Of a stretch of 64,000 nt of DNA, positions 10,389 through 19,591 are shown piece by piece (position 1 is the stretch's first letter; every line of letters begins with the position of its first letter). The notes beneath the pieces are model-generated. The model did not search any database. It was not told where the DNA came from and was given only the letters and a program-made list of their open reading frames with translations. The position numbers and the translations under genes were made by a program. The stretch is from an uncultured delta proteobacterium (GTDB lineage: Bacteria > Myxococcota > UBA727 > VGSZ01): positions 288,001 to 352,000 of the forward strand of contig CAVZJB010000012.1 of assembly GCA_963775425.1 (NCBI GenBank). Direction: 5' to 3'.

Positions 10389-12401
10389 ATGAAGCCCGTG
10401 TACATCACCTCGGTCGGCGCCTTTCTTCCCAACGACCCGGTCGACAACGACGGCATGGAGCGGGTGCTCGGCCTCGTCGGCGGCAAGCCGAGCCGCTTGA
10501 AGGACCGCATCCTGAGGCAGAACGGGATCAAGTCGCGCCACTACGCCCTCGACCAGGACGGGCGCACCACGCACCTCAACGAAGAGCTCGCCGCCCACGC
10601 CGTCGTCGACGCGCTGACGCGCCGCGGCCTGCGCGCGGAGCACCTCGACATGCTCGCGTGCGGCACCACCATCGGCGACGTGCCGTTGCCCGGCTTCGCC
10701 TCGATGGTCCATGGGCGCCTCGCCACCGTCGCGCCGGAGACGCCGGCGATGGAGGTGGTGTCGACCATGGGCGTGTGCTGCGCGGGCATGGCCGCGTTCC
10801 TCGCCGCCTTCCGCGGCGTGCAGTCCGGCCAGCGCCGCCTCGCCGCGGCCACGGGCAGCGAGCTCGTGTCCCGCAACCTCAAGGGCAGCAAGTTCGAGGC
10901 GGAGGCCACGCTCGAGGACCATCGAGACATCGGCTACCGCGCGTTCGACGCGGACTTCTTGCGCTTCATGCTCTCCGACGGCGCCGGCGCCGTGCTCATG
11001 GAGAACAAGCCCGCGCCGGACGGTCTGTCGTTGCGCGTGGACTGGGTGGAGATGGTGTCGCACGCGCACGAGCGCCCCGTGTGCATGTACACGGGCATGC
11101 TCGACAAGGACCGGCCCAAGGCGGGCAACACCTGGCTCGACTTCCCCACCATCGGCGCCGCAGACAAGACCGGCATGATGAAGATCCGGCAGGACACCAA
11201 GCTCCTCCCCGAGATCGTGAAGCTCGGCGTCGAGGAGTACCTGCGGCTCGTAAAGAAGGAGCGCATCCGCACCGAGGAGATCAACCACGTGCTGTGCCAC
11301 TACAGCTCGCACTTCTTCAAGGGCGAGATCGTGAAGCTCCTCGAGCAGGCCGGCGTGATGATCCCCGAGGAGAAGTGGTTCACCAACCTCTACACGCGCG
11401 GCAACACCGGCGCCGCCTCCATCTACATCATGCTCGAGGAGGCGATGCGCACGGGGCGCTTCAACAAGGGCGACACGGTGCTGTTGATGGTGCCGGAGTC
11501 GGGGCGGTTCATGGTGAGCTTCGCCCGCCTGACGGTGGTCGACGCGGCGTCGGCCACCACCTCCCCCGCGCCCGACACGGACGCCGGCGGCGGCGTCGAG
11601 GGGGACGCGCGCGAGCGGCGGTGGAGCGCGGCCGCGGGCCAGGCGGTGTCCGCGGCGCGGTCGGCGGCGGCGCCGCGCGGCGACGTCGCAGACGCCATCG
11701 CGCGCTCGCCGCTGCCCGACGCGGCTCGCAGCGAAGACGCCGTGGAGCGGTACCTCGGGGTGGAGCTCGCGCTCGTGTGGGCGGACTTCGAGCGCATGCT
11801 GCGCGCGGTGCCGGTGGTGCGCCGGCTCGAGGATGGGGAGGCCACGGTCGAGGACTACCAGCGGCTCCTCGTGAACCTGCGGCAGCAGGTGATGGAGGGC
11901 GCTCGCTGGATCGCGCGAGCGGCGTCCAACGTGTCCATCGAGCTGTTCCCGCTGCGCTCGATGTTCATCGGCCACGCCGGAGACGAGCACAAGGACTACC
12001 AGATGCTCGAGCGCGACTACGTCGCCGTCGGCGGCGCCCTCGAGGACATCGTGTCGCAGCCGAAGAACATCGGCAGCGAGGCGCTGTCGGCGTTCATGTT
12101 CCACCAGGCGAGTCAGCCGGACCCGCTCGACCTCATCGGCGCGATGTTCGTCATCGAGGGGCTCGGCATGAAGAAGGCCGCGCGTTGGGCGGAGCTCCTT
12201 CACGAGCACCTCGGGCTCACGGCGAAGCAGACGAGCTTCCTTGGCTATCACGGCAAGAACGACGACGAACACTTCGGCAAGCTGCGCGAGGTGATCGGCT
12301 CCGGCTATCTCGACGACAAGACCGCGAAGCGCGTGGTGAAGACGGCCAAGACGGTCGCGCGCCTGTACGCGCTGCAGCTCGAGGAGATCGACCATGTCTG
12401 A
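10389..12401 (+). CDS. StlD/DarB-family beta-ketosynthase fused to a C-terminal heme-oxygenase-like diiron (iron-containing redox enzyme) domain
   Basis: GGAGG RBS; VYIT...FLPNDPVDN...NGIKSRHYA, GVCCAG, FLRFMLSDGAGA, CHYSS, EKWFTNL..GNTGAAS, VPESGRF. After a low-complexity linker: QQVMEG, HAGDEHKD, FVIEG, YHGKNDDEH. Confidence 0.88.
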   Translation: MKPVYITSVGAFLPNDPVDNDGMERVLGLVGGKPSRLKDRILRQNGIKSRHYALDQDGRTTHLNEELAAHAVVDALTRRGLRAEHLDMLACGTTIGDVPLPGFASMVHGRLATVAPETPAMEVVSTMGVCCAGMAAFLAAFRGVQSGQRRLAAATGSELVSRNLKGSKFEAEATLEDHRDIGYRAFDADFLRFMLSDGAGAVLMENKPAPDGLSLRVDWVEMVSHAHERPVCMYTGMLDKDRPKAGNTWLDFPTIGAADKTGMMKIRQDTKLLPEIVKLGVEEYLRLVKKERIRTEEINHVLCHYSSHFFKGEIVKLLEQAGVMIPEEKWFTNLYTRGNTGAASIYIMLEEAMRTGRFNKGDTVLLMVPESGRFMVSFARLTVVDAASATTSPAPDTDAGGGVEGDARERRWSAAAGQAVSAARSAAAPRGDVADAIARSPLPDAARSEDAVERYLGVELALVWADFERMLRAVPVVRRLEDGEATVEDYQRLLVNLRQQVMEGARWIARAASNVSIELFPLRSMFIGHAGDEHKDYQMLERDYVAVGGALEDIVSQPKNIGSEALSAFMFHQASQPDPLDLIGAMFVIEGLGMKKAARWAELLHEHLGLTAKQTSFLGYHGKNDDEHFGKLREVIGSGYLDDKTAKRVVKTAKTVARLYALQLEEIDHV

Positions 12402-13473
12402 CGCCGCGCGCGGTGCCTCGACGTGGCGCGGCGACGTGTCCCCCGGCGCCGCCGACCCGGCGTGGGCGTCGCCAAAGAGCGCGTCCCCACGGGGCGACGA
12501 GGGGCGCGCGGGCTCGTCCCCCGCCGAGCGTGCGCCGGGCCCCCCGGATGCCCGCGGCGCGGAGGGCGGGGCCCCGCACCACGTCTCGTCGAGAGCCGCG
12601 GCGACGGAGCGAGACCGGGGAAACCCCCGCATCGCCGACGTGCTCCTGTGGGACCCGACGCAGCCGGTGGCGCCCGAGGCGCGCGTGCTCGCGGCGCGGG
12701 ACCTCACGCGCTGGTCGCACCGCGCGCTCCTGCCGCTCGCCCGCGTGGCGTCGCTCGTGTGCGTCGCGCTCATCCGCGCCTTCAAGCGCGTGCTGCCGTT
12801 TCAGTTCTCGTGGCACACGGCCATCGACGTCCTGTGCGTGTGGTTCATGCGTCGCTTCATGAGCGCCGACGCCGCCGAGCTCCTGGCGCGCCACTTCGTC
12901 GTCGAGACCAACCTGCTCGCGTTCATCGCGAGGAACTGCCGGCCGGAGGAGGGCGCGCACGGCGCGGCCGTCCCCGTGCCCACGCTGCGGCCGCTCACGC
13001 TCGCCGAGCTCGGCAAGGACAACGCCGTCATCGCCCACGACCTCGCCGTCTACAACCTCGTCATCGACGTCGGCCAGGCCGGCGCATCGCTCGAGAAGCG
13101 CGAGCACCTCGACTTCTCCATGATCCACGTGCCGCCGCTCGACGGCGAGCGCGCCCGCAAGCGCGTCCTCGAGCTCGACATCGAGACCTCGCTCTACCTG
13201 ATGAACATCCCGTTTTGCCTGTTTTGCACGGAGAGCGAGTACGAGCGCGCCGTGAACAGCTTCCAGCTCGACGAGTCCGTGTGCGCCATGCTCGCGGGCC
13301 TCACCGGCGACGCCACGTTCCGCACGTGGACCCCGGTGAAGTTCCCGTCGTGGATCTCGGTGCGCCGCGAGGTGCCCAAGGAGCTCTTCTTTCACGCGTG
13401 CGTCTGCGAGTACGCCCACACGCACCTCGAGCGCATCGCGGCCCGAAGAGACGCCGAGCGCGCCGATGCGTGA
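12394..13473 (+). CDS. Conserved hypothetical protein (DUF6999-like)
   Basis: Overlaps upstream stop; RHFVVETNLLAFI, HDLAVYN, DIETSL, AVNSFQLDE recall the DUF6999 proteins found next to DarB-like synthases (recollection only). Low-complexity N-terminus. Confidence 0.6.
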   Translation: MSDAARGASTWRGDVSPGAADPAWASPKSASPRGDEGRAGSSPAERAPGPPDARGAEGGAPHHVSSRAAATERDRGNPRIADVLLWDPTQPVAPEARVLAARDLTRWSHRALLPLARVASLVCVALIRAFKRVLPFQFSWHTAIDVLCVWFMRRFMSADAAELLARHFVVETNLLAFIARNCRPEEGAHGAAVPVPTLRPLTLAELGKDNAVIAHDLAVYNLVIDVGQAGASLEKREHLDFSMIHVPPLDGERARKRVLELDIETSLYLMNIPFCLFCTESEYERAVNSFQLDESVCAMLAGLTGDATFRTWTPVKFPSWISVRREVPKELFFHACVCEYAHTHLERIAARRDAERADA

Positions 13474-14383
13474 GCTCACCCTCGCCCTCGCCACCACCGC
13501 GCTCACGCTCCTCACCGGGCTCGGCGTGGTCCTCGGCTACCACCGGCTGCTCACGCACCGCGCGGCGTGCTTTCACCCCGTCGTCGAAAAGGCGCTCGTG
13601 TTGTTCGGTCTGGCCACGGGGACGCCGGTGCAGTGGGTGGGCAACCACCGCTTTCACCACGCGCACGTCGACACCGCGCGCGATCCGCACTCGCCCAAGC
13701 ACCGCGGCTTCTGGATCGCGCACTGCGGTTGGTACCTCGGGCTCACGGAGAAGACGCCGGCGTCGACGGCGCTGTGCGTGCTCTACGCGCTCGCGGGCCC
13801 GCTGCGCCCGCTCTTCGACGCCTTCTGGCGCCCGCGCACGAACCAGGAGCACGTCGGCCTCGCCAACGACGTCGCCGCCGACCGCTTCTACGCGTGGCTG
13901 TCGCGACCGGGGCCGTACGCGTTGGTGCTCTTGTCGTGGGTGGCGCTGCTGTGGACCGTGTTCGTCGTCGTCTGGGGCGTGGCCGGCGCCGGGGCGCTCA
14001 TCGTGGTGCACTACCTCGCGTACGCGCTCGGCGACGGCATCAACTCGCTCGGCCACATGTGGGGCGAAAAGAGCGACGCCCAGGGCGCCCACGCCGGCGC
14101 GCGCGAGGGCGGAGCCGAGGCCGGCGAGAGCCGCGACAGCGCCCTGCTCGCGTTGTTGACGCTCGGGGACGGCTGGCACCGCGCGCACCACCGCTTCCCC
14201 GGCTCCATCCGCTGCGGGCTCGCGCCCGGCCAGCTCGACGTGGCGTACCTCGTGGCCAAGGCGTTCGAGGCCGTGGGGCTCGCCACCGGCCTGCGCGTCC
14301 CCGACGGCGCGGCCCCCGCGCCCGGCGCGTGCGCGCCGGCGCCGCCGGGGGGACACCACCCGCCCCGCGAGGCGACCCCGTGA
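13466..14383 (+). CDS. Membrane fatty-acid desaturase (delta9/DesC-like)
   Basis: GYHRLLTH, WVGNHRFHHAHVD..DPHSP, INSLGH, GDGWHRAHH. Confidence 0.9.
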   Translation: MRELTLALATTALTLLTGLGVVLGYHRLLTHRAACFHPVVEKALVLFGLATGTPVQWVGNHRFHHAHVDTARDPHSPKHRGFWIAHCGWYLGLTEKTPASTALCVLYALAGPLRPLFDAFWRPRTNQEHVGLANDVAADRFYAWLSRPGPYALVLLSWVALLWTVFVVVWGVAGAGALIVVHYLAYALGDGINSLGHMWGEKSDAQGAHAGAREGGAEAGESRDSALLALLTLGDGWHRAHHRFPGSIRCGLAPGQLDVAYLVAKAFEAVGLATGLRVPDGAAPAPGACAPAPPGGHHPPREATP

Positions 14384-15111
14384 GCGCGCCGGTCCCCGCG
14401 CTCGAGCGGGCGCTCGCGGCCACGCTCAAGCGAAACCGCGAGCGCCCCGTCGTGGACTTCGCGGCGTTCGACGCCGCGTGCATCCCGAACGAAGAGCGGG
14501 AGGCGCTCTCGTTCTTCGTCGTCAACCTCGCGTTCATCGAGCGCACGAGCACGCCCAACCTCGCCGCGCTCTCCCGCTGCGCGCCCGTCGCCGCCGTGCG
14601 CGATTGCTTCGCCGCGCAGATCCACGACGAGGAGGCCCACGGCGACATGCTCGTGTCCTGGCTCGCCGCCGCCGGCGTCGCCGGCGCCGCCCACCCGCTC
14701 ACGCGCGCCGGCATCAAGGCGGCGGAACTGGTGCAGCACCACGCCTGGCTCGGCATCAAGGGCGCGGAGATCTTGACGGAGCACTACGCCGCCGCCCTCA
14801 TCGACGCGCTCTTGCCGCGGCTCGACGAGCCCTGCCTGCGCCTGGTGCTCGAGGAGATCGCGAAGGATGAGCGGCGCCACAAGGTCATCGCCGTCGAGAG
14901 CGTGCGCGCGTTGCGCGAAGCCGGCGCACACCGCGGTCTGGTCGCGCGCCTCTTCGGTCCGGTCGTCGAGCGCGGGACGGTCCTCTACTTCCGCCGCGTG
15001 TTCGGCGGCTTCCTCGAGCGCCCGTGCGCGGCGCTCGCGTTGCCGCACCGGGAGATCCTCGAGCGCGCGCTCGACGAGGTCCACGACGCCCTGCGCGTCG
15101 CCGGCGCCTGA
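14380..15111 (+). CDS. Ferritin-like diiron protein
   Basis: GTGA overlap; E...DEEAH...E...DERRH (two ExxH motifs). Confidence 0.75.
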   Translation: MSAPVPALERALAATLKRNRERPVVDFAAFDAACIPNEEREALSFFVVNLAFIERTSTPNLAALSRCAPVAAVRDCFAAQIHDEEAHGDMLVSWLAAAGVAGAAHPLTRAGIKAAELVQHHAWLGIKGAEILTEHYAAALIDALLPRLDEPCLRLVLEEIAKDERRHKVIAVESVRALREAGAHRGLVARLFGPVVERGTVLYFRRVFGGFLERPCAALALPHREILERALDEVHDALRVAGA

Positions 15112-15115
15112 ACAC

Positions 15116-15427
15116 ATGCTCGAGAAGAAGCCCCACCTCCTGCTCGTGGCGTTCCTCGCCGGTCTGGTCGCGCTCAACGCGTGGCGCCTGCAGGCGTGGG
15201 GCGTCGAGGGCCTCCGCGTCTACCTGACGCACCCGATCATGCAGACCACGCTGTACGACTTCGGATGCATCCTCGCGGTGCTCTGCGTCTTCATCCACCG
15301 GGACGCCAAGCAGCACGGCCTCACCTGGTGGTGGATCCTGCCTACCTTCCCGTTCATGCCCACGCTCGGCGTGCTCCTGTACTTCGTGGTCCGCCGCCGT
15401 GCGCTCCTCAAGCGACGCGCGACGTAG
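15116..15427 (+). CDS. Small membrane protein (DUF2834-like)
   Basis: 103 aa with about three TM segments; DFGCIL..FIHRDAKQHGLTWWW...LYFVVR. Confidence 0.65.
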   Translation: MLEKKPHLLLVAFLAGLVALNAWRLQAWGVEGLRVYLTHPIMQTTLYDFGCILAVLCVFIHRDAKQHGLTWWWILPTFPFMPTLGVLLYFVVRRRALLKRRAT

Positions 15428-16014
15428 CTCCCCACGCGCTGCGCCGCCTCCACTTCGCGTTCGCCAACGTGCGCCCCGACCTCCACGGCCGCCGCGTGCT
15501 GTTCGTCAACGTCGACGACCGCGCGACGCCCGAGCAGGATCCGAAGAGCTTCGCCGCCGACTTCGTCCGCCTCGTGGGCGTCGGCGGCCGCTTCCGCTCC
15601 ATCTACGCCGCCGACCTGCTGCCGAACCTCCAGGGCAAGGAGGCGCTCGGCCTGCGCACCGCGTGGCTCAACGGCGCCGGCGGCCGCAGCGACCTCGTCA
15701 TCGCCTCGCAGGCGAACGGCGGCACGGTCCTCGGCGTCGCGCACGAGTGCTGGGACGCGTCGGGGCTCCGCACGGCGTACCGCGACACCATCGCCGACAA
15801 CGACGCCACCGACCCCAACGAGGGCGACACCGCCCGCTGCTTCGCCCTCGACGACGACACCATGGGCGACGGCGGCATGGACAACGGGCGCGACACCGAC
15901 CCCGACCTCGACGCCCCCCTCGACGACGCCGGCGCCAACGACGTCTCCGACGACGACGCCGACGACGACTCCATCCCCGCCGCCGACGATGGCACCGACC
16001 CCGCGGCTCCCTGA
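15428..16014 (+). pseudogene. 5'-truncated remnant of a secreted/lipoprotein gene with an acidic tail
   Basis: Coding-like frame (LHFAFANVRPD...HECWDASG...DDDADDD) with no credible start or RBS after the upstream stop at 15427. Confidence 0.5.
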
Positions 16015-16026
16015 CCCGAGGCCTTC

Positions 16027-16605
16027 GTGACCAAGAGCGCCCCGCTCGCGTTCGTCGCCTGTGCGCTCGCCGCGACCCTGCTGGGTGCGGCGGGCGCGCG
16101 GGCGTTTCAGCGCGCGCGCTCGGTGGACGGCGCGGCGCTCGTGTGGCGCCCCGGGCCGGTGACGGTGAGCGCCGCGACGCTGCCGGCGAAGGAGCGGGCG
16201 GCGGTGAAGCGCGCGGTGGCGTCGTGGGCGAAGACGGGGTGCGCGCCGCTGTCGTTCGTTGACGCGGGCGGCGACATCGTGGTGAGGCGCGCGAAGCTCG
16301 CGGACGCCACCTTCGCCGCCCACACCGACGTGCACGTGCGGGACCCGCGCGCCGGCGTCGTCGACGGCGCCGTCGTCGCGCTCGACGCGTCGCGTGCGTT
16401 TTCCACCGGCGAGCTCGTGAGCAAGGGTGCGTTCGACCTCGAGAGCGTCGTGCTCCACGAGCTCGGCCACGCCCTCGGCCTCGCGCACCCGGTGACCCTC
16501 GTGCGCGACGCGGCCGCCGTGATGACCGCCGGCGCGAAGCCGGGCGCCGTCAAGCGCGCCCTCGGCGCCGACGACGTCCGCGGCGTCTGCGCCCTTCGGC
16601 GATGA
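16027..16605 (+). CDS. Matrixin-family (M10-like) zinc metalloprotease
   Basis: Signal peptide; HELGHALGLAH; Met-turn AVM; LGADDVRGVCAL. Confidence 0.85.
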   Translation: MTKSAPLAFVACALAATLLGAAGARAFQRARSVDGAALVWRPGPVTVSAATLPAKERAAVKRAVASWAKTGCAPLSFVDAGGDIVVRRAKLADATFAAHTDVHVRDPRAGVVDGAVVALDASRAFSTGELVSKGAFDLESVVLHELGHALGLAHPVTLVRDAAAVMTAGAKPGAVKRALGADDVRGVCALRR

Positions 16606-16707
16606 AGGGCCCGTCGACGAAGGCCCTCGCTGAAGGCCGGGACGTCGCGCGCCGGCGCCGGCCGGCCCGCGACATAGGGCGCCGGCTCGCCCGGTGCGTC
16701 GGGGCGG

Positions 16708-17880
16708 TCAGCGACAGGCGGCGCCCGGGTCGACGGTGTCGACGGGCGTGAGCGCCGGCGCGCCCGCGGTGGTGGTCACCGTGGCGACGGTCCAGAGGTC
16801 GCCGGCGGCGAGCGTTCGCGTGAAGTCCGTCGTCACGCCGTCGACGACGACGTGGATGACGGCGTCGCCGCCGGCGTCGGGGGCGGCCACGGCGACGAAG
16901 ACGTCACCGTCGACGGGGGCGGCGACGGCGGTGCCGCCGGCGGGGTCGAAGACGGGGTCGCCGTTGCCGCGGCCGGCGGCGCCGTCCCACTCGGGGGGCG
17001 TCGCGGCGGCGAGGCCGCAGCCGTCGACGTCGTAGCAGTCGAGCGGGCCGCAGGGGGCGTCACCCGCGGGGAACACGTGCGCCACGAAGCCCGCGAGGAA
17101 CGACGCGGTGTCGAGCGCGACCGACAGCCGCGGATCGAACACGACGTCGACGAACGCGTCGCAGGGGAACGCCTGGTTGTCGACGCCGGTGAGATCGATG
17201 TGGGCGACGCCGAGCGCCGCGTCGATGAGCGAGGGGGCGGGCGTGTCCGCGTCGATGAGCGTGCCGGGGCCGTCGACGGCCCAGATGAACGCGGCCATGG
17301 CGGTCCCCTCGGAGCTCGGCGTGCTCCCCGACGCGTCGAAGGCGACGGCGTCGGTGACGAACGCGTGCACCGGGAGCGGCGCGTCGTCGTTCGAGCTCGC
17401 CGTGCCCGCGTCGGCGCCGTCCCGGCTCACCCCTATCGAGCAGGTGGGCGGGGCCACCGCCTGCTCCGTGAGCGGGAACGAGAACGCGCCTTGCACCGTG
17501 TCCAGCGTGACCGATCCCGCGTGCGTCCCCGCGGCGGTCGGCGTGTCGCGCACGGTGAGGTCGACGTGATCGACGGCGCCGGGCAGCAGCGGGCGCACGG
17601 TGACCGACGCCTCGCCGAAGTCGGCCTCGGCGCCGGTGATGTCGGTGGGCGCGGTGCCGTGGTTGCGCAACGTCAGCGTGCAGCTCCCCTCGGTGCCGAG
17701 CACCACGAGGCCGAGATCGCAGCCGGGCTCGTCGGCCGCGAGGTGGGGCTCGGCCTCGCCTTCGCCCTCACCGGCGTCGCCCTCGCCCTCGCCCTCGCCG
17801 GGCGCGGCCGGGCAGCCGGCGGCGAGCGCGGCGAGCGCGGCGAGCGCGGCGAGGGTGACCAGGGTCGGGCAGGCGCGCAC
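16708..17880 (-). CDS. Lipoprotein with short GE repeat, Ig-like and PKD-like domains
   Basis: LAAGC lipobox; GEGEGEG; CDLGLVVLG...LRNHGTAP similar to 2258..2986; FDASGS..FIW. Confidence 0.65.
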   Translation of the reverse strand: MRACPTLVTLAALAALAALAAGCPAAPGEGEGEGDAGEGEGEAEPHLAADEPGCDLGLVVLGTEGSCTLTLRNHGTAPTDITGAEADFGEASVTVRPLLPGAVDHVDLTVRDTPTAAGTHAGSVTLDTVQGAFSFPLTEQAVAPPTCSIGVSRDGADAGTASSNDDAPLPVHAFVTDAVAFDASGSTPSSEGTAMAAFIWAVDGPGTLIDADTPAPSLIDAALGVAHIDLTGVDNQAFPCDAFVDVVFDPRLSVALDTASFLAGFVAHVFPAGDAPCGPLDCYDVDGCGLAAATPPEWDGAAGRGNGDPVFDPAGGTAVAAPVDGDVFVAVAAPDAGGDAVIHVVVDGVTTDFTRTLAAGDLWTVATVTTTAGAPALTPVDTVDPGAACR

Positions 17881-17889
17881 GCCTCGAGT

Positions 17890-18236
17890 CTAGCGGCTCG
17901 GCGATCGCTCGCGCAGCTCGCGCTTCAGGGTCCGCTCGAGCGCGGGCAGCGCCGCCGCGAGTCCCCCGTCGACGAACACCGGGGCCGGGAGCGTCCTCGT
18001 CCAGCGCGCGCCGCGGGGAAAGACGACGGCGGTGTCGTAGAGGACGCCGTCGGGATCGGCGTCGGTGCGCAGCCGCGCCTGCGCCGGCGAGCCGGGGAAC
18101 GCGAGCTCGGCCTTGCGCAGCTCCTGCGACATCCGGCGTGGAGGTCGCCGGCGGTCAGGGGCGCGGGCGCGGGCGGGCCGCCGGCGACGGCCGTGGCGAC
18201 GAGGAGAGCGAGCACGGTCACGGGGGCACGGAACAC
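17890..18236 (-). pseudogene. Small exported protein split by a single-base frameshift near 18133
   Basis: Signal peptide frame (MFRAPVTVLALLVATAVA...DLHA) continues as MSQELRKAEL... in another frame; one added base joins them. Confidence 0.5.
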
Positions 18237-18288
18237 GCGACGGCGCGGCGCTATTTCACCGGGCCCGCTTGGGGGCTACGGTCGCCGC

Positions 18289-19050
18289 ATGACGACATTC
18301 GACCTCTCGGGAAAGGTGGCGATCATCACCGGCGGCAGCCGCGGCATCGGGGAGGGCATCGCTCGCCTGCTCGCCAAGCACGGCGCCTTGGTGGTGGTGG
18401 CCAGCCGCAAGCTCGAGGGGTGCGAGCGTGTGGCGTCGTCCATCAACGAGAGCGGCGGCAAAGCCGAGGCGCTCGCCTGCCACACCGGCGACCTCGCGCA
18501 GATCGAGGCGCTGTTCGCCCACGTGGAGAAGGCACACGGCCGCTGCGACATCGTCGTCAACAACGCCGCCACCAACGTGCACTTCGGGCCCACCGAGGAG
18601 ACGTCGCCGGAGGCGTTTCGGAAGATCATCGACGTCAACCTGCGCGGTCCCTTCTTCATGTCCACGCGCGCCAAGGCGCTCATGGAGAAGACCGGCGGCG
18701 GGGCCATCGTCAACGTGTCGTCCATCAACGCCGAGATCCCCGGCGCGTTCCAGACCGTCTACTCGATGACCAAGGCGGCGCTCGTCAACCTTACCAAGGC
18801 GTGCGCCAAGGAGTGGGCGTCGTCAGGCGTCCGCGTGAACGCCATCCTGCCGGGTATCACCGACACCAAGCTCGCGGCCGCCATCGTGCAGAACGAGGAC
18901 GTGCGCGACGAGGTCGTCAAGCACGTGCCGCTCGGTCGCGTGGCGCGGCCGGAGGAGATGGCCGCGGCGGTGCTGTACCTCGTGTCTCCGGCGGCGAGCT
19001 ACACCACCGGCGCCTGCGTCCCCGTCGACGGCGGCTACCTGACCATGTGA
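18289..19050 (+). CDS. SDR family oxidoreductase
   Basis: TGGSRGIG, NNAA, YSMTK, RVNAILPG, VDGG. Confidence 0.95.
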   Translation: MTTFDLSGKVAIITGGSRGIGEGIARLLAKHGALVVVASRKLEGCERVASSINESGGKAEALACHTGDLAQIEALFAHVEKAHGRCDIVVNNAATNVHFGPTEETSPEAFRKIIDVNLRGPFFMSTRAKALMEKTGGGAIVNVSSINAEIPGAFQTVYSMTKAALVNLTKACAKEWASSGVRVNAILPGITDTKLAAAIVQNEDVRDEVVKHVPLGRVARPEEMAAAVLYLVSPAASYTTGACVPVDGGYLTM

Positions 19051-19099
19051 CGAACGGGCGGGTGACGTCGTCGCCGGCGCGGATCGCTATCTCGCCGGC

Positions 19100-19588
19100 A
19101 TGCTCTTCGATTGGCACCGGGCCTTCGTGCCCTCGTGGCCGCCGCTCGAGGTCGTGCTGCGCGCGCTCGTCATGTTCGCGCTCGTGCAGATCGGCTTCCG
19201 CGTCACCGGCCGCAAGGAGATGACGCGCTACGCCGCCCACGACGTCGCGCTCCTCCTCCTCCTCGCCGCCGCCGGGCGCCGCGCGATCGTCGGCACCGAC
19301 GACAGCCTGACCACCGCCGCCATCGCGCTCGCCACGCTGTTCGGCGCGAACTGGGCGCTGTCGGCCGCGGCGCGGCGCTGGCGGCGCGCATCCCTGTTCT
19401 GGGAGGGACCGGTGCTCGCGATCATCAAGGACGGCGCGCTCGACGTCGCCGCCCTCCGCCGCGCGCGCGTGTCCGAAGACGAGCTGCGCTCGAGCTTGCG
19501 CCGGCAGCACGGCACCGCCGACCTCGGCCGTGTGCGCGCGGCGTACCTCGAGCGTTCGGGCGCGCTGTCGTTCCAGCTCGACGGGTGA
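19100..19588 (+). CDS. DUF421/YetF family membrane protein
   Basis: RVTGRKEM, EGPVLAIIKDG, LRRQHG, AYLERSGALS. Confidence 0.85.
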   Translation: MLFDWHRAFVPSWPPLEVVLRALVMFALVQIGFRVTGRKEMTRYAAHDVALLLLLAAAGRRAIVGTDDSLTTAAIALATLFGANWALSAAARRWRRASLFWEGPVLAIIKDGALDVAALRRARVSEDELRSSLRRQHGTADLGRVRAAYLERSGALSFQLDG

Positions 19589-19591
19589 GCG

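Noticed and set aside
16604-16700. GC-rich hairpins between convergent genes (AGGGCC...GGCCCT)
   Set aside because: Short stems without a U-tract are common by chance here; not enough to call a terminator.
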